Positions 47,127-55,971 of a stretch of 64,000 nt of DNA are shown piece by piece. Both the position numbers and the translations under genes were made by a program. The notes under the pieces are model-generated. The model ran no database searches. It worked only from the letters and a program-made list of their open reading frames with translations, and was not told where the DNA came from. Every line of letters starts with the position of its first letter. The first letter of the stretch is position 1. This DNA is from a bacterium (GTDB taxonomy: Bacteria; UBA8248): contig OY843592.1 of assembly GCA_963692865.2 (NCBI GenBank), forward strand, positions 2,528,001-2,592,000, written 5' to 3'.

Positions 47127-48839
47127 TCATCCGACGGATTTCATCTCTCCGTAAATCAGATTTTTCAAAAAAGATACCGCCTCGTTCATCGCTATCAGTT
47201 GGATTTCCCCCGTTCTTCTCGATTTTATCTCGATTTTCCCTTCCTTGAGACCCTTGGGGCCGATGACCACTTTGTAGGGGAACCCCATGAGATCGGCGTC
47301 CTTGAATTTCACGCCCGGCCGTTCATCTCTGTCGTCAATCGCGACATCCAGCCCTGCGGACTCGATCGAGTTATATATGCCATCACAAATCTTCATGGTT
47401 TCATTATCCATCCTCACCGGAATGACGCCCACATGATACGGAGCGATGGGAGTCGGCCAGATAATGCCGTCCTCATCATGGTTCTGCTCTATGGCTGCCG
47501 CCACTGTGCGACCCACGCCAATGCCATAACAACCCATGACGATGGTGTGCGTCTCGCCACTCTCATCCTGATAGGTAGCGTCCAGGGATTCGGAATACTT
47601 GCAGCCCAGCTTGAATACGTGCCCCACTTCGATGCCGCGCCTGACGCCGAGCTCCGCATCGCATTTGGGACAGGCGTCTCCCTCCTCGGCGACGGTGAGG
47701 TCTGCAAATTTGCTTGCGGCAAAGTCACGGCCCTCGCGCGCGCCTGCGTAGTGATAGTCCGTTTGGTTCGCCCCGACGACGAGGCCGCCGCTATTTTCAA
47801 TGGCGTAATCGGCCAGGAGCCGAACACCCGACAAGCCTACCGGACCTGCGAAGCCGACTCTGGAGTTCGTGAGCTTCTCTACCGTCTCGACGTCGGCAAG
47901 TTCGACGTCCACTGCATCGAGCGCATTTTTCAGTTTGATTTCATTCAATTCCCTGTGGCCCGGAACCAGAGCGGCCACCGGCGCGCCGTCCGCGATATAC
48001 AAAAGGGTTTTCACCATGCGATATGGAGGCAAGGAAAGGAATTGCGCGACCTCTTCTATCGTATGAGCGCCGGGGGTATGTACTTTTTCGAGTTCGCCTT
48101 CCTCATTCTCGGGCAACTTCAACCGGACCGGCGATTTTTCCACATTCGCCGCGTATCCACACGAATCGCAAACGGTGATTGCCTCCTCGCCCGTATCGGC
48201 CATGACCATGAACTCGTGCGAAAAACTCCCCCCGATGGCCCCGGAATCCGCCTCCACGGCGCTGAACTTCAGCCCACAGCGCTGAAATATCCGCGTGTAG
48301 GCTTGCACCATCTCATCATAACTCCGCTCTGCACCCGCCTCGTCCCGATCAAAGCTGTAGCCGTCTTTCATTGTAAACTCCCGCCCGCGCATCACGCCGA
48401 AACGGGGCCTGATCTCGTCTCTGAATTTCGTTTGAATCTGATAGAGATTGAGCGGCAGGTCTCGATAACTCCTTACCTCGCGCGCGACCAGATCGGTAAT
48501 TACCTCCTCGTGCGTGGGGCCCAGGCAAAAATCGCGCTCATGGCGATCTTTCAGGCGAATCAATTCTTTACCATATACGTCCCAGCGTCCCGTTTTCCGC
48601 CAAAGCTCGGCGGGATTCAGCGCAGGCAGAAAAACCTCTTGTGCGCCTGCGCGATTCAACTCTTCACGCAATATCTGCTCGACTTTGCGCTGCACGCGCA
48701 CGCCGAGGGGCAAGAGCGTATACACGCCCGCCGCCAAACGGCGAATCATGCCCGAGCGCACCATAAGCCTATGGCTGACGACTTCCGCCTCGGCGGGCGC
48801 TTCTTTTAATGTGGGGAAAAACCCTCGCGTAAATCGCAT
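47127..48839 (-). CDS. proS: Proline--tRNA ligase
   Basis: LGPTHEEVIT, YQIQTKFRDEIRPRFG, GIEVGHVFKLG, MGCYGIGV, INS editing domain. Confidence 0.98.
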   Translation of the reverse strand: MRFTRGFFPTLKEAPAEAEVVSHRLMVRSGMIRRLAAGVYTLLPLGVRVQRKVEQILREELNRAGAQEVFLPALNPAELWRKTGRWDVYGKELIRLKDRHERDFCLGPTHEEVITDLVAREVRSYRDLPLNLYQIQTKFRDEIRPRFGVMRGREFTMKDGYSFDRDEAGAERSYDEMVQAYTRIFQRCGLKFSAVEADSGAIGGSFSHEFMVMADTGEEAITVCDSCGYAANVEKSPVRLKLPENEEGELEKVHTPGAHTIEEVAQFLSLPPYRMVKTLLYIADGAPVAALVPGHRELNEIKLKNALDAVDVELADVETVEKLTNSRVGFAGPVGLSGVRLLADYAIENSGGLVVGANQTDYHYAGAREGRDFAASKFADLTVAEEGDACPKCDAELGVRRGIEVGHVFKLGCKYSESLDATYQDESGETHTIVMGCYGIGVGRTVAAAIEQNHDEDGIIWPTPIAPYHVGVIPVRMDNETMKICDGIYNSIESAGLDVAIDDRDERPGVKFKDADLMGFPYKVVIGPKGLKEGKIEIKSRRTGEIQLIAMNEAVSFLKNLIYGEMKSVG

Positions 48840-48853
48840 GAATCAGAATTTTC

Positions 48854-50098
48854 TCAGGAGTGCGATGTCTCGAATTGACCTTTTTCGTATTGCGTTGCGA
48901 GTTCCTCTACGCGCTCAACAAGATTTTTCTTGATGTCTTCATAAGAGACCAAACCTGATTTTTCTCCTTTCATAAAAATCAAAGCGCGCTTATGGCCTCC
49001 GGCCACGCCGATGTCGGCGTCTCTCGCCTCGCCCGGACCGTTCACTTCACACCCCATGACGGCCACTGTGATGGGCGCATTGATATGGGCGAGTTCCTGT
49101 TCTACCTCCATGGTGAGCTTGTCCACGTCAATCTGGACGCGCCCGCACGATGGACACGCGACGACATTAACGCCTTTTTGGCGCAACTTCAGGCTTTTTA
49201 GAATTTCATAGCCCACGCGCACCTCCTCTACCGGGTCCGCCGCCAAAGAAACGCGGATGGTGTCCCCAATGCCTTCCGAGAGCAGAATGCCCAGGCCGAC
49301 AGCGCTTTTTATGCTGCCCGTCTGGAGGCTTCCACTCTCCGTGATGCCCAGATGAAGAGGATATTCGACGCGTTTCGCCATCAAGCGATAGGCTTTCACC
49401 GCCCTCGCGACATCGGAGGCTTTCAGAGAGATTTTCGTGGCAAAAAAGTTCCGCTTCTCCAGCATGGCGACATGGCGCAATCCGCTCTCCACCATCGCCT
49501 CGGGCGTTGCGCCGCCGAAACGATCGAGCAGATGCTTTTCCAAAGAGCCGGCGTTCACCCCTACGCGGATGGGCAAACCATGATCCTTCGCCGCAGCGAC
49601 GACCTCGCTTACCCTTTCCTCCCCATTGATGTTGCCTGGGTTGATACGCAAGCAATCAATCCCCGCATCCGCCGCCATCAAGGCATAGCGATAATCGAAA
49701 TGGATATCCGCGACCAAGGGCATCTCAGTGCGTTTTCTGATTTCATAAAGCGCGTTGGCCGACCTCTCGTCAGGAACGGCCAGACGCACAATTTCACACC
49801 CAGCGGCTTCCAGGCGCTCGATTTGGGCTACGGTCGCCTCCACATCGTGCGTGTAAGTGTTGCACATCGATTGCACGACGATGGGAGCGCCGCCACCGAT
49901 TTTGACGCCGCGCACTTCGACTTGGGAACTTTTTCGCCGATTCAGCGGGAACAAAGACGGATCCGCGCAAGGCAACGATTCGCCAGCTTCATCCACTCCA
50001 AGCATTGGCAGATCAGTGCTGCCCTGCTCTTTGGGGGGAAGCCCGACTCCCGGTATAGGCTTCGTGTAAAACACGTCGTCTGTAAACGGCTCAAACAC
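48854..50098 (-). CDS. ispG: (E)-4-hydroxy-3-methylbut-2-enyl-diphosphate synthase
   Basis: VQSMCNT, LVADIHFD, RINPGN, HLGITE, GDTIRVSL, CPSCGR, VMGCEVNGPGE. Confidence 0.97.
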   Translation of the reverse strand: MFEPFTDDVFYTKPIPGVGLPPKEQGSTDLPMLGVDEAGESLPCADPSLFPLNRRKSSQVEVRGVKIGGGAPIVVQSMCNTYTHDVEATVAQIERLEAAGCEIVRLAVPDERSANALYEIRKRTEMPLVADIHFDYRYALMAADAGIDCLRINPGNINGEERVSEVVAAAKDHGLPIRVGVNAGSLEKHLLDRFGGATPEAMVESGLRHVAMLEKRNFFATKISLKASDVARAVKAYRLMAKRVEYPLHLGITESGSLQTGSIKSAVGLGILLSEGIGDTIRVSLAADPVEEVRVGYEILKSLKLRQKGVNVVACPSCGRVQIDVDKLTMEVEQELAHINAPITVAVMGCEVNGPGEARDADIGVAGGHKRALIFMKGEKSGLVSYEDIKKNLVERVEELATQYEKGQFETSHS

Positions 50099-50109
50099 TA
50101 CGAAAGCTC

Positions 50110-51306
50110 CTATTCGCCTTTCTGGCTCTCAGGAGATAGTTTTATCGCGTTTTTATTTTCCCTCTCTTGCTTTTCTTTTTTCGTTATCGCGGCCGGTTCA
50201 CTCCTAAAAAGATAATATACGCTGTCTTTGTAAGTGGCAAAGATCATCAAACCGATGAGCAGAACGGTGCCCACCTGCATGGCCAGCTCCCGGACTCTCA
50301 GACTGATAGGTTTGCCACGCAAGCCTTCAATGAGCAAGAAAAAAATATGTCCGCCATCGAGAACCGGAATCGGCAGCAAGTTCAAAATCGCCAGGTTGAC
50401 GCTAAGTAAAATCGTGAACATGACGAGGTAGCGGAATCCGCGCTGCGCCTGTTCCGCGGCCACCACGGAAATACGGATCGGACCACCGATGTCCGCAGGA
50501 ATAGTCTTCGTGAGCATCGAATACAGCGTAACGACCGTTAAGCTGGCAATGCGGTAGTTTTGATCGAACCCCTTCCCCAAAGACTCAAAGAAGCCAAAAC
50601 GCTCGGTGTAGGTGCCTTGGCCGATCCTGATGCCGATTCGGCCATAACCCAACTCTTTGCCCGTCGCGCTCTTTGATGTTGGAACGATGGATGTTTCAAA
50701 AGACTTGCGGCCGCGCTCCACCGCCAGCACAAGTTTTTGCCCGGCGCTTTTTTGCACGATTGCGACAAGCTCGGACCATTTTTGAATCCGCTTCCCATCA
50801 ATGGCCACGATATGATCGCCGGTCTGGAGGTTCGCCTTTTGCGCAGGCGTATCGGGCAAAACACCGCCGACCCACGTTCCGGGGACGGGGATACCTCCAA
50901 GATGCAGTCCCCAACTGAGGAGTATTGCCAAGGCGACATTAAACAAGGGTCCAGCCGAAATGACAGCCAATCGGTGGCTCACCGGCCGCAAATAGAATGA
51001 TTTCTCCGGCTCATCCGGTTCTTTGGGAACATCAGGATCATCAGGTCGTGCTTCCGGGTCTTCTCCCAGGAGCTTTACATAACCGCCCAAGGGGATCAGA
51101 GACACGCGATATTCGGTCTCTCCCCGCTGAAAACCCCAGATGCGGCGACCGAAGCCCAAAGAAAACGTGGAAACGCCGATTTTGAGCCATTTCGCAACGA
51201 GATGGTGGCCCAACTCGTGGATGAAAATGAGCAGCCCCAGAACCAGCACGGCCCAGAAAATCGTCTGCCCGAAACCCATCACCCAGTTGATGATTTGCAT
51301 CGCCAT
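50110..51306 (-). CDS. rseP: RIP metalloprotease RseP
   Basis: HELGH, IPLGGYV, AGPLFN, PDZ domain, NLLPIPVLDGG. Confidence 0.96.
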   Translation of the reverse strand: MAMQIINWVMGFGQTIFWAVLVLGLLIFIHELGHHLVAKWLKIGVSTFSLGFGRRIWGFQRGETEYRVSLIPLGGYVKLLGEDPEARPDDPDVPKEPDEPEKSFYLRPVSHRLAVISAGPLFNVALAILLSWGLHLGGIPVPGTWVGGVLPDTPAQKANLQTGDHIVAIDGKRIQKWSELVAIVQKSAGQKLVLAVERGRKSFETSIVPTSKSATGKELGYGRIGIRIGQGTYTERFGFFESLGKGFDQNYRIASLTVVTLYSMLTKTIPADIGGPIRISVVAAEQAQRGFRYLVMFTILLSVNLAILNLLPIPVLDGGHIFFLLIEGLRGKPISLRVRELAMQVGTVLLIGLMIFATYKDSVYYLFRSEPAAITKKEKQERENKNAIKLSPESQKGE

Positions 51307-51324
51307 TCTCTAATGAATCCTTAT

Positions 51325-52053
51325 TTATTTCCGGCCGCTGGGGGCCGGCATTTGCAGAACTTCGACATTCGGCGGCACGACGAACTGAAATTTCTCTTCC
51401 GTGATTCTGACGTTTTCTTTGACATTTGAAAACCGCAAACGGCTCTTGTTGCCGATAAGATCGATATACGCCAAAGTGAGGATCATGAAATTTTCAGGCT
51501 CCACCTCTACCCACATTCGCCGAAACGAAGCGACCTCGGACTTCGGCTCCAAGCGAATGCGATGGGGTTGACCGGCCTTCCAGATTCCTCCACTTCGTCT
51601 GGCAATTCCAATCTCTTCCACGGTTACATGAAAATTCTTCCTCAAATTCCCCTTGCCTTCCAAAAACAACAAAGGGGTAGTCCCAAATCCAGCACTCCCG
51701 GTTTTGGAAACCATCACCTGTCTGAAGCGAGCCGTGTAGAGCCAAAACATGTGACCATCAGAGACCAGAACCTGCTTTTCAGGTTTGGCATACTCCATGC
51801 GCAATTTGCCGGGCTTTTTCCACAAGAGACTCCCGCTCGACGTCGTCGTCCGACCCAAGGACCTTAATTCATTTTTTTGCTCGAAAGAAGCTTGCAAAGA
51901 TAAAAGGGTCTCATATTTCTCCTGAAGCGCCGTGATTATCTTCTCGACTTCTGGATTCGATTCTTCCGCTAGAGACACGCCGTGAACGAAAACTTGTACA
52001 AATGCAGAAAACAAAAAAACCAATACCGAAATCCAGAAACTCAATTTGCGCAA
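51325..52053 (-). CDS. lolA: Outer-membrane lipoprotein carrier LolA
   Basis: Signal peptide, ASFEQ, KKPGKLRMEY, LVSDG..FWLY, FQFVVPPNVEV. Start approximate. Confidence 0.9.
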   Translation of the reverse strand: MRKLSFWISVLVFLFSAFVQVFVHGVSLAEESNPEVEKIITALQEKYETLLSLQASFEQKNELRSLGRTTTSSGSLLWKKPGKLRMEYAKPEKQVLVSDGHMFWLYTARFRQVMVSKTGSAGFGTTPLLFLEGKGNLRKNFHVTVEEIGIARRSGGIWKAGQPHRIRLEPKSEVASFRRMWVEVEPENFMILTLAYIDLIGNKSRLRFSNVKENVRITEEKFQFVVPPNVEVLQMPAPSGRK

Positions 52054-52078
52054 AATTCTCTTAATCCTATGTGAATGA

Positions 52079-52732
52079 CTATTCGAAGACCGGCGAAATG
52101 AAGCCCCTGCTTTCCATAAGAGCATCACCTGAGTATTTCACGACGCCACCAATGCAGTGAACGCTCCCCTCGGCGATGAGCCGCACCGCCAGCGGATATA
52201 TAAGGTGCTCATAAACGAGAATTCTCTTTGAGAGGGTTTCTTCATCATCACCTGGCAACACCGGCACGGCAGCTTGTAAAATAATAGGCCCCGTATCCAC
52301 TCCCTCGTCTACAAAGTGAACCGTGCAGCCTGTGACTCTCACGCCACCATCCAAGGCTTTTTTCTGCGCGTGAAGACCAGGAAAACTCGGCAGAAGCGAG
52401 GGATGAATGTTGATGATTCTTCCTGAAAAACGGCTCACAAACTCCGGAGGCAAAATGCGCATAAAACCAGCGCAACAGACGAGTTCGATTCCACAGCTTT
52501 CAAGCTCGTCGCCCATCTTCAGGTAAAAACCATCCTCTTCGGATGCCAGGTATCTGTGTCGTATTCCAGCCATTGAGGCGCGTTCGAGTGCATACGCCTT
52601 TTTTTTATCGCTCAACACCAACACAACTTCCGCCGGAAAATCCGCGTTCTCCCCGGCATCAATGAGGGCTTGCAGATTCGATCCACGCCCCGATGCCAAA
52701 ACGCCCACACGTAATCGTGCTCTTGGATACAC
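52079..52732 (-). CDS. purN: Phosphoribosylglycinamide formyltransferase
   Basis: LASGRGSNLQA, AGFMRIL, NIHPSLLP, GCTVHFVDEGVDTGPII. Confidence 0.97.
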   Translation of the reverse strand: MYPRARLRVGVLASGRGSNLQALIDAGENADFPAEVVLVLSDKKKAYALERASMAGIRHRYLASEEDGFYLKMGDELESCGIELVCCAGFMRILPPEFVSRFSGRIINIHPSLLPSFPGLHAQKKALDGGVRVTGCTVHFVDEGVDTGPIILQAAVPVLPGDDEETLSKRILVYEHLIYPLAVRLIAEGSVHCIGGVVKYSGDALMESRGFISPVFE

Positions 52733-53787
52733 TAGAATATGCCCTCAATGGCGACGGAGCGGCCAGCCTTTGGTTTTTTGACGACTTCGCCGACAACCAT
52801 GGCTTGTTCGCCTGCGTTTTTCAAACATTCGAGCAAAGGTTCCGTTCGCTCCGCCCTCGCGAGGAAGACAAACCCCAAGCCCATATTAAAAGTACGATAC
52901 ATCTCCGCGCTTTCAACCGGGCCGAGCTCTTGAATCAATGGGAATATCTCCGGCGTCTCCCATTTTTCAGGATAAAATTTGGCTTGCAGAGCCCCCGGAA
53001 TCACACGTCCCACGTTTCCCGGTATCCCGCCTCCCGTGATGTGCGCGAGACCGCTTACCCCCTCTTTTCCCCGAACGGAATTAGCCCCTGTGGCGTAAAT
53101 CCGAGTTGGCTCCAACAAAACATCTTCAACGGGAACACCGAGTCTTATCGACGCCATATCTCGTTTTTCCTTTGAATCAAATATCTTTCTCACCATGGAA
53201 AATCCGTTGCTATGAATTCCTGAAGAAGGTAGTGCGAGTATGATGTCTCCCGCTTTCACTGGGATTGCATTCTCCAATTCATTGCGTTCAACCACTCCCA
53301 CGACGAATCCAGCGAGATCATACACGCCCGGCTTATACATATCGGGCATCTCGGCCGTCTCGCCGCCAATCAGGGCGCACCCGGCTTCCCGGCAACCTCG
53401 AGCGATCCCGGACAGGACTGCCTTCAAGACGCTTTGGTCAATCTTTCCCGTCGCGATGTAGTCAAGGAAAAAAAGCGGCTCTGCTCCTGTGGTCAAGATG
53501 TCATTGACGCACATGGCCAGCAGGTCAATCCCGACTGAATCATGCCGCTCGAACTCCTGGGCCAAGAGCAATTTCGTGCCGACGCCGTCGGTACCTGAAA
53601 CGAGTACGGGGTCGTCATATCCTTCCCCCAGGCGAAACAGGCCTGCAAAATCCGCCGTCCCCTTCAGGATACGGCTACTTTGGTTATCGTGGGTAGACTT
53701 TACAGTTTGGGCGATAGACTGAACGAACCGCTCTCCCAAATCCACATCCACGCCTGTGTCACGGTATGTCAGACGATGATCTTTCAA
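52732..53787 (-). CDS. purM: Phosphoribosylformylglycinamidine cyclo-ligase
   Basis: TYRDTGVD, TDGVGTK, FFLDY, GGETAEMP, SSGIHSNGFS, AHITGGG, TFNMGLG. Confidence 0.97.
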   Translation of the reverse strand: MKDHRLTYRDTGVDVDLGERFVQSIAQTVKSTHDNQSSRILKGTADFAGLFRLGEGYDDPVLVSGTDGVGTKLLLAQEFERHDSVGIDLLAMCVNDILTTGAEPLFFLDYIATGKIDQSVLKAVLSGIARGCREAGCALIGGETAEMPDMYKPGVYDLAGFVVGVVERNELENAIPVKAGDIILALPSSGIHSNGFSMVRKIFDSKEKRDMASIRLGVPVEDVLLEPTRIYATGANSVRGKEGVSGLAHITGGGIPGNVGRVIPGALQAKFYPEKWETPEIFPLIQELGPVESAEMYRTFNMGLGFVFLARAERTEPLLECLKNAGEQAMVVGEVVKKPKAGRSVAIEGIF

Positions 53788-53838
53788 AAGTGGTGTTCCA
53801 TGATTTCGCAGGCGGAGTCGTTCAGAATGAACTCAAAA

Positions 53839-55971
53839 TCACCCATGGGCTTCCATCAATTTTTTGACCAATGCGACATTATGTCGATGACCACTCCTCT
53901 CAGCGGTCACTCTCCCTCGAATAGGACGACCGATTAAATACAGATCTCCTATCACGTCAAGAATTTTATGCCGAACGAACTCATTGGGAAATCGCAATTG
54001 GGTATTCACGACACGCGTCTTGTCTACCAGAATCACGTTATCCCAACGGCCACCCTCGGCCAAGCCCATTTTCTCGAGCGATTCCAATTCAGAGACAAAA
54101 CCAAATGTACGGGCCGGTGCGATTTCTTCTTGAAAACCCAAAGCATTCTTGTGTTCATAAAGATAGGCTTGCTTCCCAATCGGCTTGGGATAATCAATGA
54201 GATATGAAACCGAAAAAGAATCCGCAGGCTCTATGCGGATATAACCCTTCTCGTCGCCCGGCTCACCTACTTCGTAAACCTTATCAACCCACAAGTCTTC
54301 GCGTTTTTCTTTTTGATCCTCAATACCCGCTTCTTCAAGCAAGCGACAAAACTCGAGCGCCGATCCATCCATGACGGGCACTTCCTCGCTTATTTTAATG
54401 AGTATATTGCTTATCTTGTATGCGTGCAGCGCGCTCATGAGGTGCTCTATCGTTCGAGCCGTCACCGCTCCATTGCGCAAGTTCGTCGCATGGTTGGTGC
54501 CATCCACGAAATCAGCGTTCGCCCTCACGGTATCGGGGCTCGTCAGGTTGCCGAACTGAATCCCGCTCCCCGGCGGCAAGGGGTCAATGATCAATCCGGT
54601 TTTCAACCCGGAATGAAGCCCCCGGCCATACAACACGACGCTCTTCGAAATACTTCTTTGATTTGTTTTCCCGAGTGGCGACGACGGCGGCGATGCTGGC
54701 TCTATCTTGTATGCTCGAATCTTTCGCCTTAAGGCGGGCACCTTCATGCCCACCCCCCGGGCGGTTTTGCCGATGTCCCAACCGTGCTCCTCCAGGTGGA
54801 AGGAAAGATATTGTCTCTCCCACTGGGTTCTGGCCGCATTAAAATTCGAAGATGCGTCGTTCGTCGATTCGTCCGCCTCGAAATCAGAAACTTCGCGGAT
54901 CGCATGCGGCAAGTGGCCGATGCGAATCTCCGAGCCTTGCGATGTATGTGCCGCGGTGGTCACCGCGCTTTTCAGTTCGGCGATATTGCCCGGCCAATCG
55001 TAGTCTTCCAGAAGCGCGATGACATCTTCGGAGAATTCCTTCTCGTCCCCGCCAAATTCAGCGCATTCATCCAAGAATCTGTTGGCCAAAGGCAAGATGT
55101 CCTCTTTCCGCTCACGCAGAGGGGGCAAATGTATTACATCAGCGCCTATTTTTGTGGACAAAGCTCGCACGTAGGCCTTGTCTTTCGAGGTTCCCATATG
55201 ATCAACGGATGCCATCAGGCGCATCGAGCCCTTTGTATGCGCCAAGAATCGAGCGAGAAATTCCTGACCCTCCACTATGGGCAACTGCTCCAACCCGTCA
55301 AGATATAGCGTCCCCTGAAAGGTAGAGGGCGCCAGCCGATCCAGCGCCTCTTCCCATTCGTTTTTCCCCGATACCGGAAACAGCGAACGGCAATGAACAG
55401 GCCTAAGGTCTTCTTCTTTTCCAGCGCCGTTCTTGTGAATCACCTTTGCGATAAAACGTTTGCCGGTTCCTCTTTCACCCGCAATCAGCAAGGGGCCGAT
55501 ATCTTCCGCCGCATTCCTGACAGCTCTTCGAACCCTTTTAATGCTCTTGCTGGCGCCGTCAAGCATCACGTCGACGATATCATTCGCACTGAGTTCTTTG
55601 GCCCCTCGCGCTTGAACGGCGGCGTCGACTATGCGCAAAACGGTATCAATGGACAGGGGTTTTTCAATAAAATTGAAGGCGCCTAACTTTGTTGCGGCCA
55701 CTGCGGTTTCAATGTTGCCGTGGCCCGACATCAAGACGACCTCGATATCCGCGTTGGACTCTTTCACTGCCTGCAAAGTCTTGATCCCGTCAATGCCCGG
55801 CATCCAAACATCAACCAAAACCACATCCGGAGCTTCGGTCCGAACCAACTGAAGGGCAGTTTCTCCGGAATCGGCCTGTTCTACGCGATACCCCTCATCG
55901 CGCAAGACATCCTCCAGGCTTGCGAGTATTTCGCGCTCATCATCGACGATGAGAACATGTCCCTTATCCAA
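53839..55971 (-). CDS. lpxC: Fusion protein: NtrX-type response regulator (REC, degenerate sigma54-type AAA+, Fis-like HTH) plus LpxC UDP-3-O-acyl-GlcNAc deacetylase
   Basis: REC motifs LIVDDE, D54 in LVDVWMPGIDG, SGHG, FIEKP. AAA-like GERGTGK, LPPLRERKEDI, WPGNIAEL. From about aa 438, LpxC: QRSISK...GRGLHSG, TIEHLMSAL, VPVMDGSA, IAPARTFGF, EFVRHKILDVIGDL, SGH. Confidence 0.93.
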   Translation of the reverse strand: MDKGHVLIVDDEREILASLEDVLRDEGYRVEQADSGETALQLVRTEAPDVVLVDVWMPGIDGIKTLQAVKESNADIEVVLMSGHGNIETAVAATKLGAFNFIEKPLSIDTVLRIVDAAVQARGAKELSANDIVDVMLDGASKSIKRVRRAVRNAAEDIGPLLIAGERGTGKRFIAKVIHKNGAGKEEDLRPVHCRSLFPVSGKNEWEEALDRLAPSTFQGTLYLDGLEQLPIVEGQEFLARFLAHTKGSMRLMASVDHMGTSKDKAYVRALSTKIGADVIHLPPLRERKEDILPLANRFLDECAEFGGDEKEFSEDVIALLEDYDWPGNIAELKSAVTTAAHTSQGSEIRIGHLPHAIREVSDFEADESTNDASSNFNAARTQWERQYLSFHLEEHGWDIGKTARGVGMKVPALRRKIRAYKIEPASPPSSPLGKTNQRSISKSVVLYGRGLHSGLKTGLIIDPLPPGSGIQFGNLTSPDTVRANADFVDGTNHATNLRNGAVTARTIEHLMSALHAYKISNILIKISEEVPVMDGSALEFCRLLEEAGIEDQKEKREDLWVDKVYEVGEPGDEKGYIRIEPADSFSVSYLIDYPKPIGKQAYLYEHKNALGFQEEIAPARTFGFVSELESLEKMGLAEGGRWDNVILVDKTRVVNTQLRFPNEFVRHKILDVIGDLYLIGRPIRGRVTAERSGHRHNVALVKKLMEAHG

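Noticed and set aside
42747-48809. Long plus-strand ORFs (424 aa at 42747-44021 and 536 aa at 47199-48809)
   Set aside because: Antisense shadows of ftsH and proS.
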